A stretch of DNA of 64,000 nucleotides from the human T2T-CHM13v2.0 reference genome, Homo sapiens: NCBI RefSeq assembly GCF_009914755.1, contig NC_060946.1; one strand, written 5' to 3'. The translations under genes were made by a program, and so were the position numbers. Every line of letters starts with the position of its first letter. Within the stretch, counting starts at the first letter, position 1. Under the pieces are notes generated by a model. That model was given only the letters and a program-made list of their open reading frames with translations, did not search any database and was not told the DNA's origin. This document shows, one piece after another, positions 48,098 to 64,000 of the stretch.

Positions 48098-49234
48098 TAA
48101 CCATTTGACGAACAACCAGACTATTTTCAAAAAGGGCTGCACCATTTTACAATCCTACCAGCAGTATATGAGGGTTCCAGTTTCTCCAGATCCTTTTCAT
48201 TGTCTGGCACTTTTATTGTCAGCTATCCTACTGGGTAGGAAATGGTATTTTCATTTGCGTTTGCCTGAACGCTAATGATTTTGAGCACGTTTTCATGCAC
48301 TTATTGGCTATTTGTATATTATTGTTGGAGAAATATCTATTCAGATCCTTTGCCCATTTTTAAATTGGGTTACTTGTCTTATTGTTCAATTATAATATTT
48401 CTTTATATATCTAGATATAAATCCCTTTTTAGACACGTTTTGTGAAATTTTCTCCTAATCTGCAGGTTGATGCACTAAACTTTTAATTTTGATAAAGTTC
48501 AGTTTATCTTTTTTTTTTCTTTTGCTATTTTTGCTTTTGGCATATCTATGTAGACTTTGCTTAACCTAAGGTCACAATGATCTAATTCTATATTTTCTTC
48601 TAAGATTGTTATAGTTTTAACTCTTACATTTACATCTCTGATCTATTTTGAGTAAATTTTTGTGTATGGTGTAGGGGAGGAGTCCAACTTAATTCTTTTG
48701 CATGGGGATATATAGTTTTTCCAGCCCCATTTGTTGAAAAGACTATTCTTTTAATTCATTTAATTATCTTGGCAACTTTCTTGTGAAATTGGCTGTAATT
48801 GAGGGTTTATTTGTAGATTCTCAATTCTATTCCATTGATCTATATGTCTGTCTTTATGCCATTACCACAATACACTGATTATTGTAGTTTTGTATTACGT
48901 TTTGAGATTAGGGAGTTTGAGTCCTCCAACTTTGTTCTTTTTCAAAATTGTTTTGGCCCTTCTGGATCCCTTGAATTTCCACATGAATTTTAGGATCAGC
49001 TTCTCCATTTCTACAAGGAAGTCAGTTGAGATTGTGATAGAAATGTGCTGAACTTACAGATCAATTTGGCAAATACTGCCATTTAAACAAAATGTTGCTC
49101 TATGAACATTTGCTGCTTTTCCATTTATTCAGATCATTTTTAATTTATTTCGACGTTTTATGGTTTTCAGCGTATAAGTGTTGCACTTCTTTTGTTAAAT
49201 TTATTCCTAAGAGTTTATTCTTTTTGATGTTAGG

Positions 49235-49566
49235 TTTTTTTCTTTTTTCTTTTTCTTTTTTTCTTTTTTTTCGTTTTTGTTTTTGAGACAGGGTCTCACT
49301 CTGTCACCCAGGCTGGAGTGCAGTGGCACGATCACAGCTTACTGCAGCCTTGACCTCTTGGGCTCAAGTGATCTTTCTGCTTCAACCTCCTGAGTAACCA
49401 GGACCAGAGTTGCACGGCACCATGCCTGCCTAATTTTTTAATTTTTTGTAGAGACAGGGTTTTGCTATGTTGCCTAGGTTGGTCTCGAACTCCTGGGCTC
49501 GAGTGATCCTCCCGCCTCAGCCTCCCAAAGTGCTGTGATTACAGGCCTGAGCCACTGCACCCAGCC
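49235..49566 (-). mobile_element. Alu (J-like)
   Basis: Antisense body. Confidence 0.88.
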
Positions 49567-50112
49567 CAATGTTAGTTTACATATAATTGTTTTCACAATT
49601 TTATTTTTGGTTTATTCACTGCTAATATGTAGAAATACAATGGATTTTAATACATTAATCTTGTATCCTGAAAACTTGCTGAACTCATTTATTAGTTGTG
49701 ATAGTTTTTCATTGGATTCCTTAGGATTTTCTTTATACAGGATCATGTCATCTGCAAATAGGGATAGTTTAAATTCTTCCTTTTAAGTCTAGATGCTCTT
49801 TGTTTCATTTTCTGCCTAATTGTCCTCCAGTACAATGTTGGCCAAAAGTGGCAAGCCTGGATATTTATCTTGTTTTTGGTCTCAGGGGGACCACTATGAT
49901 CTTCAGTCATTTGCCACTAAGTATGATGTTAGCTGATTTTTTTTTTTTTAAGATGGCCTTTATCGGGTTAAGGAAGTTCCTTTTTACTCCTAGTTTTGGG
50001 TGCATTTTTATTAAGAAAGGGTATTGAATTTTGTTAAATGCTTTTGCTGCTTCTATTGAGATGATCATCTAGTTTTTGTTATTTATTCTACTGATGTGGT
50101 ATATTACATTGA

Positions 50113-50480
<368 letters not shown>

Positions 50481-50751
50481 TATAATCCTTTTTTATAGAT
50501 TGCTATATTTAACTTGCTAGTATATTTTGTTAAGGATTTTCACATCTATGTTCATAAGAGATAATGGTCTATAGCATTGTTTTTGTATGTGTGTGTTTTT
50601 TCTTGTGTCTTTTTCTAATGAGGGTAATACTGGTCTCATAGAATGAATTGGGAAGTGTTCCCTTCGTTTTTGGAGGGTGGGGGTGGAGGGAGGGTTTGTA
50701 AATAATTGATATTAATTTTTCTTTAAATATTTGATAGAATTCCCCAGTGAG

Positions 50752-51000
50752 CTCTGTTGCCTAGGCTGGAGTGGATCTTAGCCCACTGTAACCTTGAACT
50801 CCTAGGCTCAAGTGATCGTCCTGCCTCAGCCTTCTGAGTAGCTAAGACTACAGGTGTGTACCACCACACCCAGCTAATTATTTTGTTTTTGTGGAGGTAG
50901 GGTTTTGCTATTTTGCCCAGGCTGGTCTTGAACTCCTGGCGTCAAGCAACCCTCCCACCTTGTCCTCCCAAATCGTTAGAACTACAGCCACCTCTCCTGG
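50752..51000 (-). mobile_element. Alu (J-like, partial)
   Basis: Antisense body lacking tail. Confidence 0.8.
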
Positions 51001-52449
51001 CACTGGGGTTTGCTTTATAGGAATTTTTTTTATTATGAATTTAGTTTATTATAGGCCTATTCAGATTTTCTGTTTCTTACAAAGTCAGTTTTGGTAGTTT
51101 GTGTCTTTCTAGGAATTTGTCTATTTCATCTAGGTTTTCTAATTTGTTGGCATACAGTTCATGTCTGGTGATTTTTATTGGATGCTAAACTTTGTAAGTT
51201 TTATATTATTGGATGGTGGATCTTTGTGTATCTCTGTAAATATTATTGAGCTTTGTTCTGGATCGACGCTGTTTGATCCATTTGGGTGTTGCTTTTAAGC
51301 TCTGTTAGATGGAAGCAGAACAGTACTTTGGATTAATGTTCTTCACTACTGAAGCAACTGAATCTTCTGAGTCTTCTACTTAGTGCCCCACGAATGATGG
51401 TTTTTACTCTGTCTGGTGAGATTAGGCACAATTCCTGGCCCCGTGTGAGTTCCAAAGATTGTTTCTTCTAATCATTTTGGGTAGTTATTTCCCCAGCTTA
51501 GGGCAGTTTTCTCACATAAACGTGCTGTTTTTGAACTCAGCTGAATACTCAGAGGGTCTCCTACAGATCTCTGGAGTTCTTTCTCTGTGCAGCTCTTTTC
51601 TCTCTTGGTACTACTGTATGCTGCAAATTCTGATTCCTTGGCCTTTTCAGAATCTAGCTCTGGCTCCTCAAGTAAAGGTATTCCTCTGAGTTCCCCCTGG
51701 GTTTCCCTCCCTGTTCTGTGACTGGGAAACTTTCCCTAGGCAGCAAGCTAGGCCAGTCATAGGCCACCTTCTTCATTTGCCGTGTCTCAGGGATCACATC
51801 ACTGTCCCATGCTGCCTGTGGCCAGTATCTTAAAAACTGTTTTATATATTTCATCCAGTTTCTTAGTTGTTTCAGGTATGAGGATAAATATTGCTCTCGT
51901 TACTTCACCTTTTCTGGAAGCGGAAGTCTTGCCTTTTCTTAAAATATCAGGAATTCTTTAGGGGTTGCTTCCAGAGTATGAGATATTCTTTGGAATTTCC
52001 GTAGGGGGAATATCTTCCTTCTTTCAGGATGGATTTGATTTTGAGGAGCAACCAGGAGTATGTTTTCAGGTCTGGATATGTGATTTCTCATCTGGGTAAT
52101 ACTGTTTGAGGTCCAAAATGAGCTCAGTGTAATAAGGCAGCTTTCCTTGTGTGATTTGTAAACTAGTTTGGAAACAAAATAAGAGTTGCAAAGTATTTTC
52201 ATTGGTAACCTGATTAAGATAAGGATAAAACTTCTTAGGGGTGTGTATCTTGAAAAATAACTTTAGTTTGAATGCTTCTCTATATTTGCTGGTATATATT
52301 ATTGTTTATATTTAAAATTTGAACTGAAGTATTTAAGAAAGCTTGGTTTTATGTGATAGTCTCCCTCCAACTTGATTATAAACTTACTGATATTTGAATA
52401 CTTTTGTACATTTCTCCTTACTACATTGCACTCTTAACTGTGGAAGCTT

Positions 52450-52682
52450 CTTTTCTTTTTTTTTTTTTTCTTTTTAAATTTTTTTTGAGACAGAGTTTCA
52501 CTCTGTCACCAGGCTGGAGTGCAGTGGCATGATTTCATCTCACTACAACTTCAACCTCCGAGGCTCAAGTGATCCTCCTACCTCACCTTCCTGAGTAGCT
52601 GGGATTACGGGCACATGCCACCATGCCCAGTTAATTTTTGTATTTTTTGTAGAGATGGAGTTTCGCCATGTTGCCCAGGCTA
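52450..52682 (-). mobile_element. 5'-truncated Alu, TSD tgtggaagctt
   Basis: Direct repeat on both flanks. Confidence 0.88.
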
Positions 52683-52952
52683 GAATGTGGAAGCTTGTCA
52701 CATCATGATAATCAACTAATTAATTTCTGTGTAAAGAAACTGATATCACTCTGTCAAAAATATGTTGCATGATACAAAGTATGTAAAATTGATTTTTGTT
52801 ACCTGTACAGTTTATAATGCCTTCGTAAGTTTAATTAAAAGCTATTCATATACGATGTTGAATTCCAGTAGCATGAGCGCATATCTGTATTTGTCTTGTA
52901 CTGTGGGAATTATGTGAATGCCCTAGTTCAAAGAGATGCCTTGACTCTGGAT

Positions 52953-53507
52953 ATATTAGGGTTCTCTAGAGAGACAGAACCAACAGAATATATATTTGTA
53001 TGGATACATGAGAGAGGATTTAGTAGGAGAATTGGCTCCTGTGATTATGAAGGCCGAGAAGTCCCACAATAGCCCGTCTGCAAGTCGGAGAACCAGAGAA
53101 GCTCAGGCGTGTCTCAGCCCAAGTTGAGAGGCTTAAGAACCAAGGAAGCCAGTGGTGTAACTTTCAGTCCAAGGCTGAAGGCCTGAGAGCCCCAAGAGGC
53201 TGCTGGTGCAAATCCCAGAGTCCAAAGGCTGAAGATCGTGGAGTTCTGATGTTCAAGAGCAGGAGGAGGAGGGAATCCCATCCTGGAAGAGACAGAGAAT
53301 GCACCCTTCTTCTACAGGGTTTTTCCATTCAGGCCCCTAGCCAATGGGATAGTGCCTGCCCACATTGAGGGCAATAGTCTCACTCCCCGACTTACCTGTC
53401 AGTCTCCTCTGGAAACACCCTCCCAGGCACACCCAGAAGCAATGCTTCACCAGCCATCTAGGGATCTCTCAACACAGTCAAGTTGATACCTAAAATTAAC
53501 CATCACA
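52953..53507 (-). mobile_element. MLT2-family LTR (ERVL)
   Basis: tattagggttctctagagagacagaacc...agtcaagttgatacctaaaattaaccatcaca. Confidence 0.85.
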
Positions 53508-53871
53508 GTGGATATGTTATGTCATTAACCAAAGAATGTCCATAGAACCAAGTAGATTGGAATATACACTCTATCATATGCCACCTTAATCACTGGGTCA
53601 AATTCTTTTTTGGGGGAAAGAGGTTAAAATTGTTTTTCCATAGTCTTTGTTTTCCAGCACCCTAAGATCCTATTAACCTCATCCCACCCCCAATTCAGAA
53701 AGATAAGGACTTTAAAAAAGTATTCTTATGGTTTGAATTCTTAGATTTTTAGCTTTCAGCTTTTATTTTCTGTAATTTCATCTTTTTAGTTAACTGTATA
53801 GTTTCACAGTTCCTTTATAGTGAATAGTGAACCTTATAGTAGATAGAGTGGATACTCTTTTACTTACGTGG

Positions 53872-55351
<1,480 letters not shown>

Positions 55352-56286
55352 GAGAGCTTCTTTTAGACAGAAATAATTAGGGGTTCTTTTCTATACCACA
55401 CATTTATTAAAAGAGATTTTCACGGCTATCAGTTATGAAATGAGGTTCCTATTTGGCTGGAGTGTTTCTGGCATGTTAGTTGTGTTGTAGGAGGTGGGGA
55501 GTTGGGAGGATTGGTGTATATTAAAAGAAAAAATTTTAACTAATTATGTTTTATGTAGGTACAAGTGTTGTATTTATGTTTATTAAAGTGTTCATTCTGT
55601 GCCTATTTTTTCGTATCTTCTAAAATACCCTTCATTGTAATTAATTATAGGTTGTTAGTTTTATGTCTTAGTTCTTGCTTTAATCTGGCTTTATAGTTTT
55701 TTTCTCTAAGAGAGACATTTGAGTTTTGCGTGTTCCGTGTGCCTTTGTCATTTATTCGTATAATAAAATCGATAAGTAACTGGGCTAAAGTATATAATTT
55801 TCATTTCTTGTAGCTGTTCTATTACTTGACTTTTATTTTGTGATTTAGTAACTTCTTGGATTTTGTGACTTTTTATTTGATTTGATTCTTTTAATGACTT
55901 AAATTGGGATTTATTAACTTTTGAAATTAATGTTCTTTGATACATCAGAAAATCTCATGCTGTTTTTCTTTAAACATAAAAAGAAAGGGTGAAGCTCGTT
56001 GACAGAGATCTGCTTTTTTAACTTTGTCTTCACTCCATTCTGATACCATCTGCTAAAGGCTGATTTCAGTGTTTCCTTCAGAAAGAAGTTAAAATAAGAC
56101 TTAATGTTGAAGTGGAATAAAATATTGTAACTAATAATACAGTTATATCTTTATAGATATTCAAAGTAGAATATTTTAAGTTTGAGGAAAAGAATTAGTT
56201 CAAATTAATTTACAGGTATTTTAAGAAAAAAATGGTATATTTCAGGAAGGTTGACAGGATCATTTTAATAAAAACTCATTTTTAGG

Positions 56287-56620
56287 TTCACAATTCCTTA
56301 TCAGAAACTCTTAAGGGCCAGATGTATTTTATAGCTCAGATTTTTTTTTTTTTGAAAACTAATAAGATGCACTTACCATATGTTATACAATGCCCCTGCA
56401 GGGTCAGAGGCAGCACTTCAGAGTCAAATACATTAGTATTTCAGCAGCCAAAGCTATGACTAAAGTCTAAAGTGGGTAGACTATAAATAGTTTCATGTCA
56501 GTTCAGGTCAGACCTTGCCACCAATTAAATTCCCATCAGGTTTCACCACCAATGAATTCCAGAAAAGTTTTGGTTTTCAGAAGTTTTTGGATTTTGGAAT
56601 TGTGGGTAAGGGACTGTAGA
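56287..56620. mobile_element. MER46C-like Tigger DNA transposon
   Basis: caattccttatc...tttggattttggaattgtgggtaagggactgt inverted termini. Confidence 0.65.
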
Positions 56621-57426
56621 CTATTTACTTTCTTAGCTCTAATGTTTGCTAGCATTTGTTACTCTCTGAAAATGGAACCCACTTTCCTTTTTTTTTCTGC
56701 TACAGGATGTAAGATTAAATCTGTTCTTTCTCTATAGGCCAGTTAATAGAAATTAGGACACCTCTTCACAAAGCTCAATACCTTAGGCAGTTGCCACTGT
56801 CCCCTGATACCTCCACTAGATACTTCCTACTCCTTGCTGGCTTTATATGAAGGATCTCATAGTTCCCCTCTTCTCCTCTCTCCTTTCGGAGGTACCTCGT
56901 GTTAATAAATGCTAAGTAAAAGAGATTTAAAATGTACAGTACCTCATGTAATATCTATCCTATCTCAAATAGAAATGTTTCAGAAGGTGCAACATGCTTT
57001 CTCTGGACCGACTTTTCCTATTACCAGCGAATGTGGAAGCTTAAAAAGTAACGTATACTTGTGTGTCATTTGGACTTTGGTATTACCATAAGGGAATATA
57101 TACTTATGATAACATGAAACTCCAAATGGTACAGAAGTATAAAGGAAAAGCAGAAGTTTTCTCTTGCCCTACTGCGCCCCTCACTCCTCCAGCTTCTGAC
57201 CACAAGGTTTGGACCCTTTTAAAATAATTTTTTTCTTTAGCTCAGACATTCCAGGGGACAGTTTGGGGAATTCTGATTAGGCATTATAACCCCACTTGGA
57301 TTGATTTTGTGTTCATTGTATGTTAAATTATGGAGATGGCCTTTTCTGTGTTAACTGGCAGTTATAGCTTTTATTTCTAGAGCGATTTGTTCAGATTGCA
57401 TGGTTTTGAACTGTTAATTAAATACT

Positions 57427-57697
57427 TTTTGTTTGTTTCGAGACCGGATCTTGCTCCATCGCCCATGCTGGAGTACATTGGCGCGATCATAGCTCACTAT
57501 AACCTCAAACACCTAGGCTCAGTCTTCCCACCTCAGCCTTTTGGAAAGCTGAGACTGCAGGCATACATCACTACGCCTGACTGATTTTTAAAAATCTTTT
57601 TGTAGAGACAGGGTCTCACTGTGTTTCCCAGACTGGTCTTGAATGCCTGGACTCAAGCGATCATCCAACCTCTGCCTCTCAAAGCACTGGGATTACA
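57427..57697 (-). mobile_element. Alu (J-like)
   Basis: Diverged antisense body. Confidence 0.85.
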
Positions 57698-58146
57698 AGA
57701 TACATTTTTTAAGAATATTAATTGTGACAGATTGAAAGTGTCTGAGTATTATTCAGACACAGAGATTGAAATATAAATTATTGATCTATTTAATGAAAAA
57801 TAATTTTTAGGAGTCAAAAACAGCATATAATATATTTGACAGTGAGGTTTCCCTAACGGAGCGCTTACTTAAGAAACGGGGTGTTGGCTCATTCACCAAG
57901 TCAGTTGTTCTCAAGGTAAGCATGTGGGCAGTGGGATGCAGATGTCATCCTACTAATTATTCCCAAGGATGTTGTTGACATTATTTATGTTCTTAAATCC
58001 ATAATAAAGAAGATCACGATGCATTTAAACATGAATGTCCTTTTTGGGAAAGTGTAAACTTTTGTCTTAATATGGAATCCACATTCTTTTATTGTTCAGT
58101 TCAACAAACTTTTATTGAGCACTAACTTAGTCAAGAACTGTCTTTG

Positions 58147-58452
<306 letters not shown>

Positions 58453-59192
58453 GCTGGCTTCACAGTGGAGGTATAGAGCATTGGGACATAAGCTAGAACA
58501 AAAGATCAGAAATCACTTTTGCTTGTCATAATGAGGCTATAAGATATTTCCTTTCAAATGAGGGCACACGTAATAAGTATTGCCTGACATGTATTCTACA
58601 TAAGGACATTCAGTCTCAAGTTGTTTGGTCAAGTCCCTAACAGGCAGTCACTCCCAGACTCCTATCCCCTACTGCCCCACACCCTACACATACATAGGGC
58701 CTTGGTTTTTTTTTTTTTTTTTTTTTTTTCCAATCCTTATATTTAGAGCCATATATGTGGGACAGCAGAAATGGTCATTGGGATTCCAGGGTGCCTGTTT
58801 CCTAGCTGAGAGTCTCAGAGTCCTTGTTTTTGCAGAGTGTAATATAGAACACGTTTTTTGTTAAGTGAAGGTCAAGAACTCTTTGTCTTCCTTTAGGGAC
58901 AGCAAGTCCTGTGGAGCCTTTTAGGATTCAGTACTCTGCATTAAACAGGAGCTTTTCTAATATGGCTGGAAACTGTTGGGGGTGGATTAGAGATTTTTAA
59001 GGATCTTATGGCAAGCTTTGGCTGGTAGAGTACAAGAATCTAGTGGTGTCTTTTATTGGGGTTTTGGGGGTGCTGGGAACTATGACATTACAAAGAGCCA
59101 CTAATTGTTAACTGAAGGAAAAAATACTGGTCAATGAAGGGAAACTTAACTATAAAATCAACTTAGTAGAAATAAACCATTAAGTGGTACTA

Positions 59193-60558
<1,366 letters not shown>

Positions 60559-60705
60559 TCAGTCCTTTGAGATCTGTCATGATTTGTATGGTCTTCTTTG
60601 TGAATAGTTCTATGTGTACCTGAAAAAAATGTATGTTCTGCTATTCTTGGGTGTAGTGTGCTATTAATGTCAATTTAGCCAAGTTGATTGTTGGTTCTGT
60701 TCATA

Positions 60706-60739
<34 letters not shown>

Positions 60740-61685
60740 TTTTCTTACTGATTTTCTTTCTACATTGATATAATGTAGTTTCTGAGAAGTGTTGAAATAT
60801 CCAACTATAATTGTGGATTTGTCTATTTCCCCTTTCAGTTCTGTTCATTTTTGCTTCATGCATCTTGAGCCTCTGTAACTATGTGTATATACACATTTAG
60901 GATTTTTATGTCTTCTCAATGAATTTAGCCCTTTGTAATTATAGAACGTTTCCTTATCCCTGGTAATATTTCTTATCCTGAAGGCTATATTGTGTGATAT
61001 TAATATGGTCACTCCAGCTTATTTATGTATTTGTATATCTTTTTGTTTCCTTTTACTTTTAACTTATTCGTGTCTTTATTTTTTTAATGAATTTATTTTA
61101 GATAGTAGATAGTTGGATTTTTAAAGTCCAATCTTACCATCTTTGTTTTTTAATTGAAGTGTTTAGACCACTTACATTTATGTCATTTTCAATATGGTTG
61201 GGTTTAAGTTTATCATTTTGCTGTTTGTTTTCTATTTATCCCATCTGTTTTCTGTTTATTCTTTCCTCTTTTCCTGGCTTCTTTTTGATTACTTTTTTAC
61301 TATTCCATCTCCTCTGTTAGCTATAAACCTTTGTTTTACTTTTATAACAGTTGCTTTATGGCTTAAAATATGCATCTTTAACTTATGCAGTCTGCCTTAA
61401 AATAATATGCCACTTCATTTATAGTGTAAAAACTTCAAAAAGTGCACTTTCATTTTCCCATTATATCTTTGGACTATTGTCATACATTTTACTTCGACAT
61501 GTTAAATGTCCCACAATTCATTGTTACCAATTTTGCTTTTAATGACAAAAAGCCTGAAAAAGAAAAGTATTTTCCATTTACCCACATATTTGCCATTTCC
61601 AATGCCCTTTATTCTTTTGTTTAGATCTGAGTTCCCATCCGTATTATTTTATTTAGCCTGAAAAGCTTCACCGTTTTTTGTACTA

Positions 61686-61871
<186 letters not shown>

Positions 61872-62144
61872 TCAGGAGGCTGAGATAGATCACTTGAGCC
61901 TGGGGAGGTTGAGGCTGCAGTGAGCCATGGTCATTCAGTGGGCCACAGATTTCTTCTAGTAGAGACCTGGTGGCAATTAGTTGTCTCAGCTTTTGTTCTT
62001 GAAAAATCTCTTTATTTTTCCATCTTTTTTGAAGGCTATTTTTGCTGGATATCAAATTTTAGATAGACAGTTTCTATCTTTTGGCACCTTAAAGATGCTT
62101 TTCTGTTGTATTGTTAAAGATCCCTATCTTGTATTGTTTCTTTC

Positions 62145-62442
62145 TTTTGTAGAGACAGCCTCTCTCCCTTTGCCCAGGCTAGTCTTGAACTCTTGGCCTC
62201 AAGCAGTCTTCCCACCTAAGCCTCTCAAAGTGGTGTGAGCCACCACAACCAGCCACTCAAAAGCAATTTTTATTAAGAGACTGAAAAAATGCTTTAATGA
62301 AAAGTCTTCCAGTAATACTGTAGTATGGATGCTTCATAAAAAAACTTTCCACTACTGTTTCTAAGCTTTACCTTTAGCTTGACAATGTGTATCTTTAAAG
62401 CCTTAAAAAATATCCACATACCCTGTGACCCAGCAATTCTTA
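62145..62442 (-). repeat. Left arm of a local inverted duplication (partner 63624-63930)
   Basis: Reverse complement aligns by eye at ~92% over the ~190-bp non-Alu core. Confidence 0.92.
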
Positions 62443-62558
62443 GCTGGGTGCGGGGGTGTGCACCTCTAGTCCCAGCTACTCTGAGGAGTGAGTTTGGAGG
62501 ATTGCTTCAGCCCAGGAATTTGAGACTAGTCTGAGCAAAGTACCAAGACCCTATCTCT

Positions 62559-62689
62559 AAGAAAAGAAAAGAGAAAAGAAAAGAAGAGAAAAAAAGAAAA
62601 AAGAAAAGGAAAGGAAAAGGAAAAGAAAAGAAAAGAGAGAAGAGGAGAGGAGAAAGAGGGAGGGAGAGGAGAGGGGAGGGGAGGGGAGG
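62559..62689 (+). repeat. Pure polypurine (GA-rich) tract
   Basis: ~130 bp of only A and G. Confidence 0.93.
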
Positions 62690-63623
62690 CGGGGCACTTC
62701 TTCCTATACAGTATCGTGCCTTGGAAACCCAGCTTCCTCAACCCCTACAAACCCTGAACTCAGGCTCCTCTGATTATTTCGCTCACGGTAGTCTGCATAG
62801 GTTATCTCTCCCATGCCATGGTCTGCAAAGTGCCCACGAGCAGAAAGCCAGAGCCTTCAAGGACTCACCTCTTTGGTTCCTTTCTCTCAGAAATCACAGT
62901 GCTAACTGTTCTTCACTGCCTGAAGTCATTGTTTCATATGTTTTGTCCAATTTTCTAGTTGTTTATAATGGGAGGGCAAGTCTGGTAGTAGTTGCTTCAT
63001 CGTGGCCTGAAGCAGAAGTTGAGATCTCATTCAATTCCCACTGCTGACCTTTACCTTGCATATCTTTTCTTATAGTAACCATTAAAATTTTTATTTCTGA
63101 ATCACACATACGGTGATTCAGTATTTTGCATTTGCTGGGCTACAAGCAGTTTTTCATTGCTTTTACTCTGTTTGATGGGACTTGAATACAGGTATCTTTA
63201 AAAAAAACCCTTTATTACACAAGTAATAAATATTTATTGTAGACAAATTCAGAACATACACATAGCCCATGATCACTGTAATCCTCTTACGCTGAGATAA
63301 CCACTGTTAACATTTTGATGGCAGTCTTTTGTGTGTGTGTGTGTGTGTATATACACACTTGGAGAAGTTTTTTCATGTCAGTGGATACATACTGCATTGA
63401 GATCAGCTCTGCTCACTCAGTGTGTGCTGTGACTATCTTTCTGTGTCAGTAAGTAGACTTCATATTTAATGGCTGCACTGTTTTTCACTACATAGGTACT
63501 TAATTTCTCATACTGGTTGTAGCTTATTTTCAGTTTTTGATTAGTGTCAACAACATTGCAGTGAATATATTTGTACACCTATGTGTGCACACATCCATAG
63601 TTATTTTATTAGCTAAATTTCCA

Positions 63624-63930
63624 TAAGAATTGCTGGGTCACAGAGTATGTGGATATTTTTTAAGGCTTTAAAGATACACATTGTCAAGCTAAAGGTAAAG
63701 TTTAGATACAGTAGTGGAAACTTCTTTCATGAAGCATCCATACTACTGTACTACTGGAAGACTTTTCATTAAAGGAGTTTTTCAGTTTCTTAATAAAAAT
63801 TATTTATGATTGGCTGGTTTTAGTGGTTCACACCTAAAATACCAGCACTTTGAGAGGTGGGAAGATTGCTTGAGGCCAGGAGTTCAAGACCAGCCTGGGC
63901 AACATAGGGAGAGAGCCTGTCTCTACAAAA
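63624..63930 (+). repeat. Right arm of the local inverted duplication
   Basis: taagaattgctgggtcacag...gagagcctgtctctacaaaa. Confidence 0.92.
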
Positions 63931-64000
63931 AATTTAAAAATTAGCCAGATGTGGTGGCACATGCCTGTAGTCCCAGCTACTTGGGAGGCTGAGGCAGGAG
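63812..64000 (+). mobile_element. Alu (J-like), runs off the window end
   Basis: Sense left arm and linker. Confidence 0.85.

Noticed and set aside
57843-57921. Possible exon ending at the strong donor AAG|gtaagc
   Set aside because: The upstream acceptor lacks a pyrimidine tract

Overview
Human (primate) genomic DNA, dense in Alu/L1/LTR repeats. The left half holds the 3' four coding exons of FAM83F on the + strand (4739-4906, 5458-5579, 6862-7535, 15079-15128). All have AG/GT boundaries with compatible phases, and the protein ends in the CAAX motif CVIS. A 3' region with three candidate poly(A) sites follows (~15570, ~22070-22120, ~29075). A CCAAT-rich CpG-island promoter and a non-coding first exon (~30397-30561) come next, which I assign to TNRC6B from recalled gene order at 22q13.1, not from coding sequence. 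The remaining ~33 kb is repeat-rich intron. Almost all other ORFs in the track are Alu- or GC-derived noise. I found no new gene system, CRISPR array or foreign insert. The most notable structures seen directly are scars of local templated copying: a ~300-bp inverted duplication (62145-62442 vs 63624-63930), a 53-bp inverted insertion inside a patchwork Alu (34610-34662 from 38417-38469), and fold-back micro-duplications. The best inferred regulatory ideas are a poly(A)-controlled inverted-Alu switch in the FAM83F 3' UTR and a CAAX-only last exon that re-creates a splice donor. Repeat boundaries and subfamily names are by eye and approximate.
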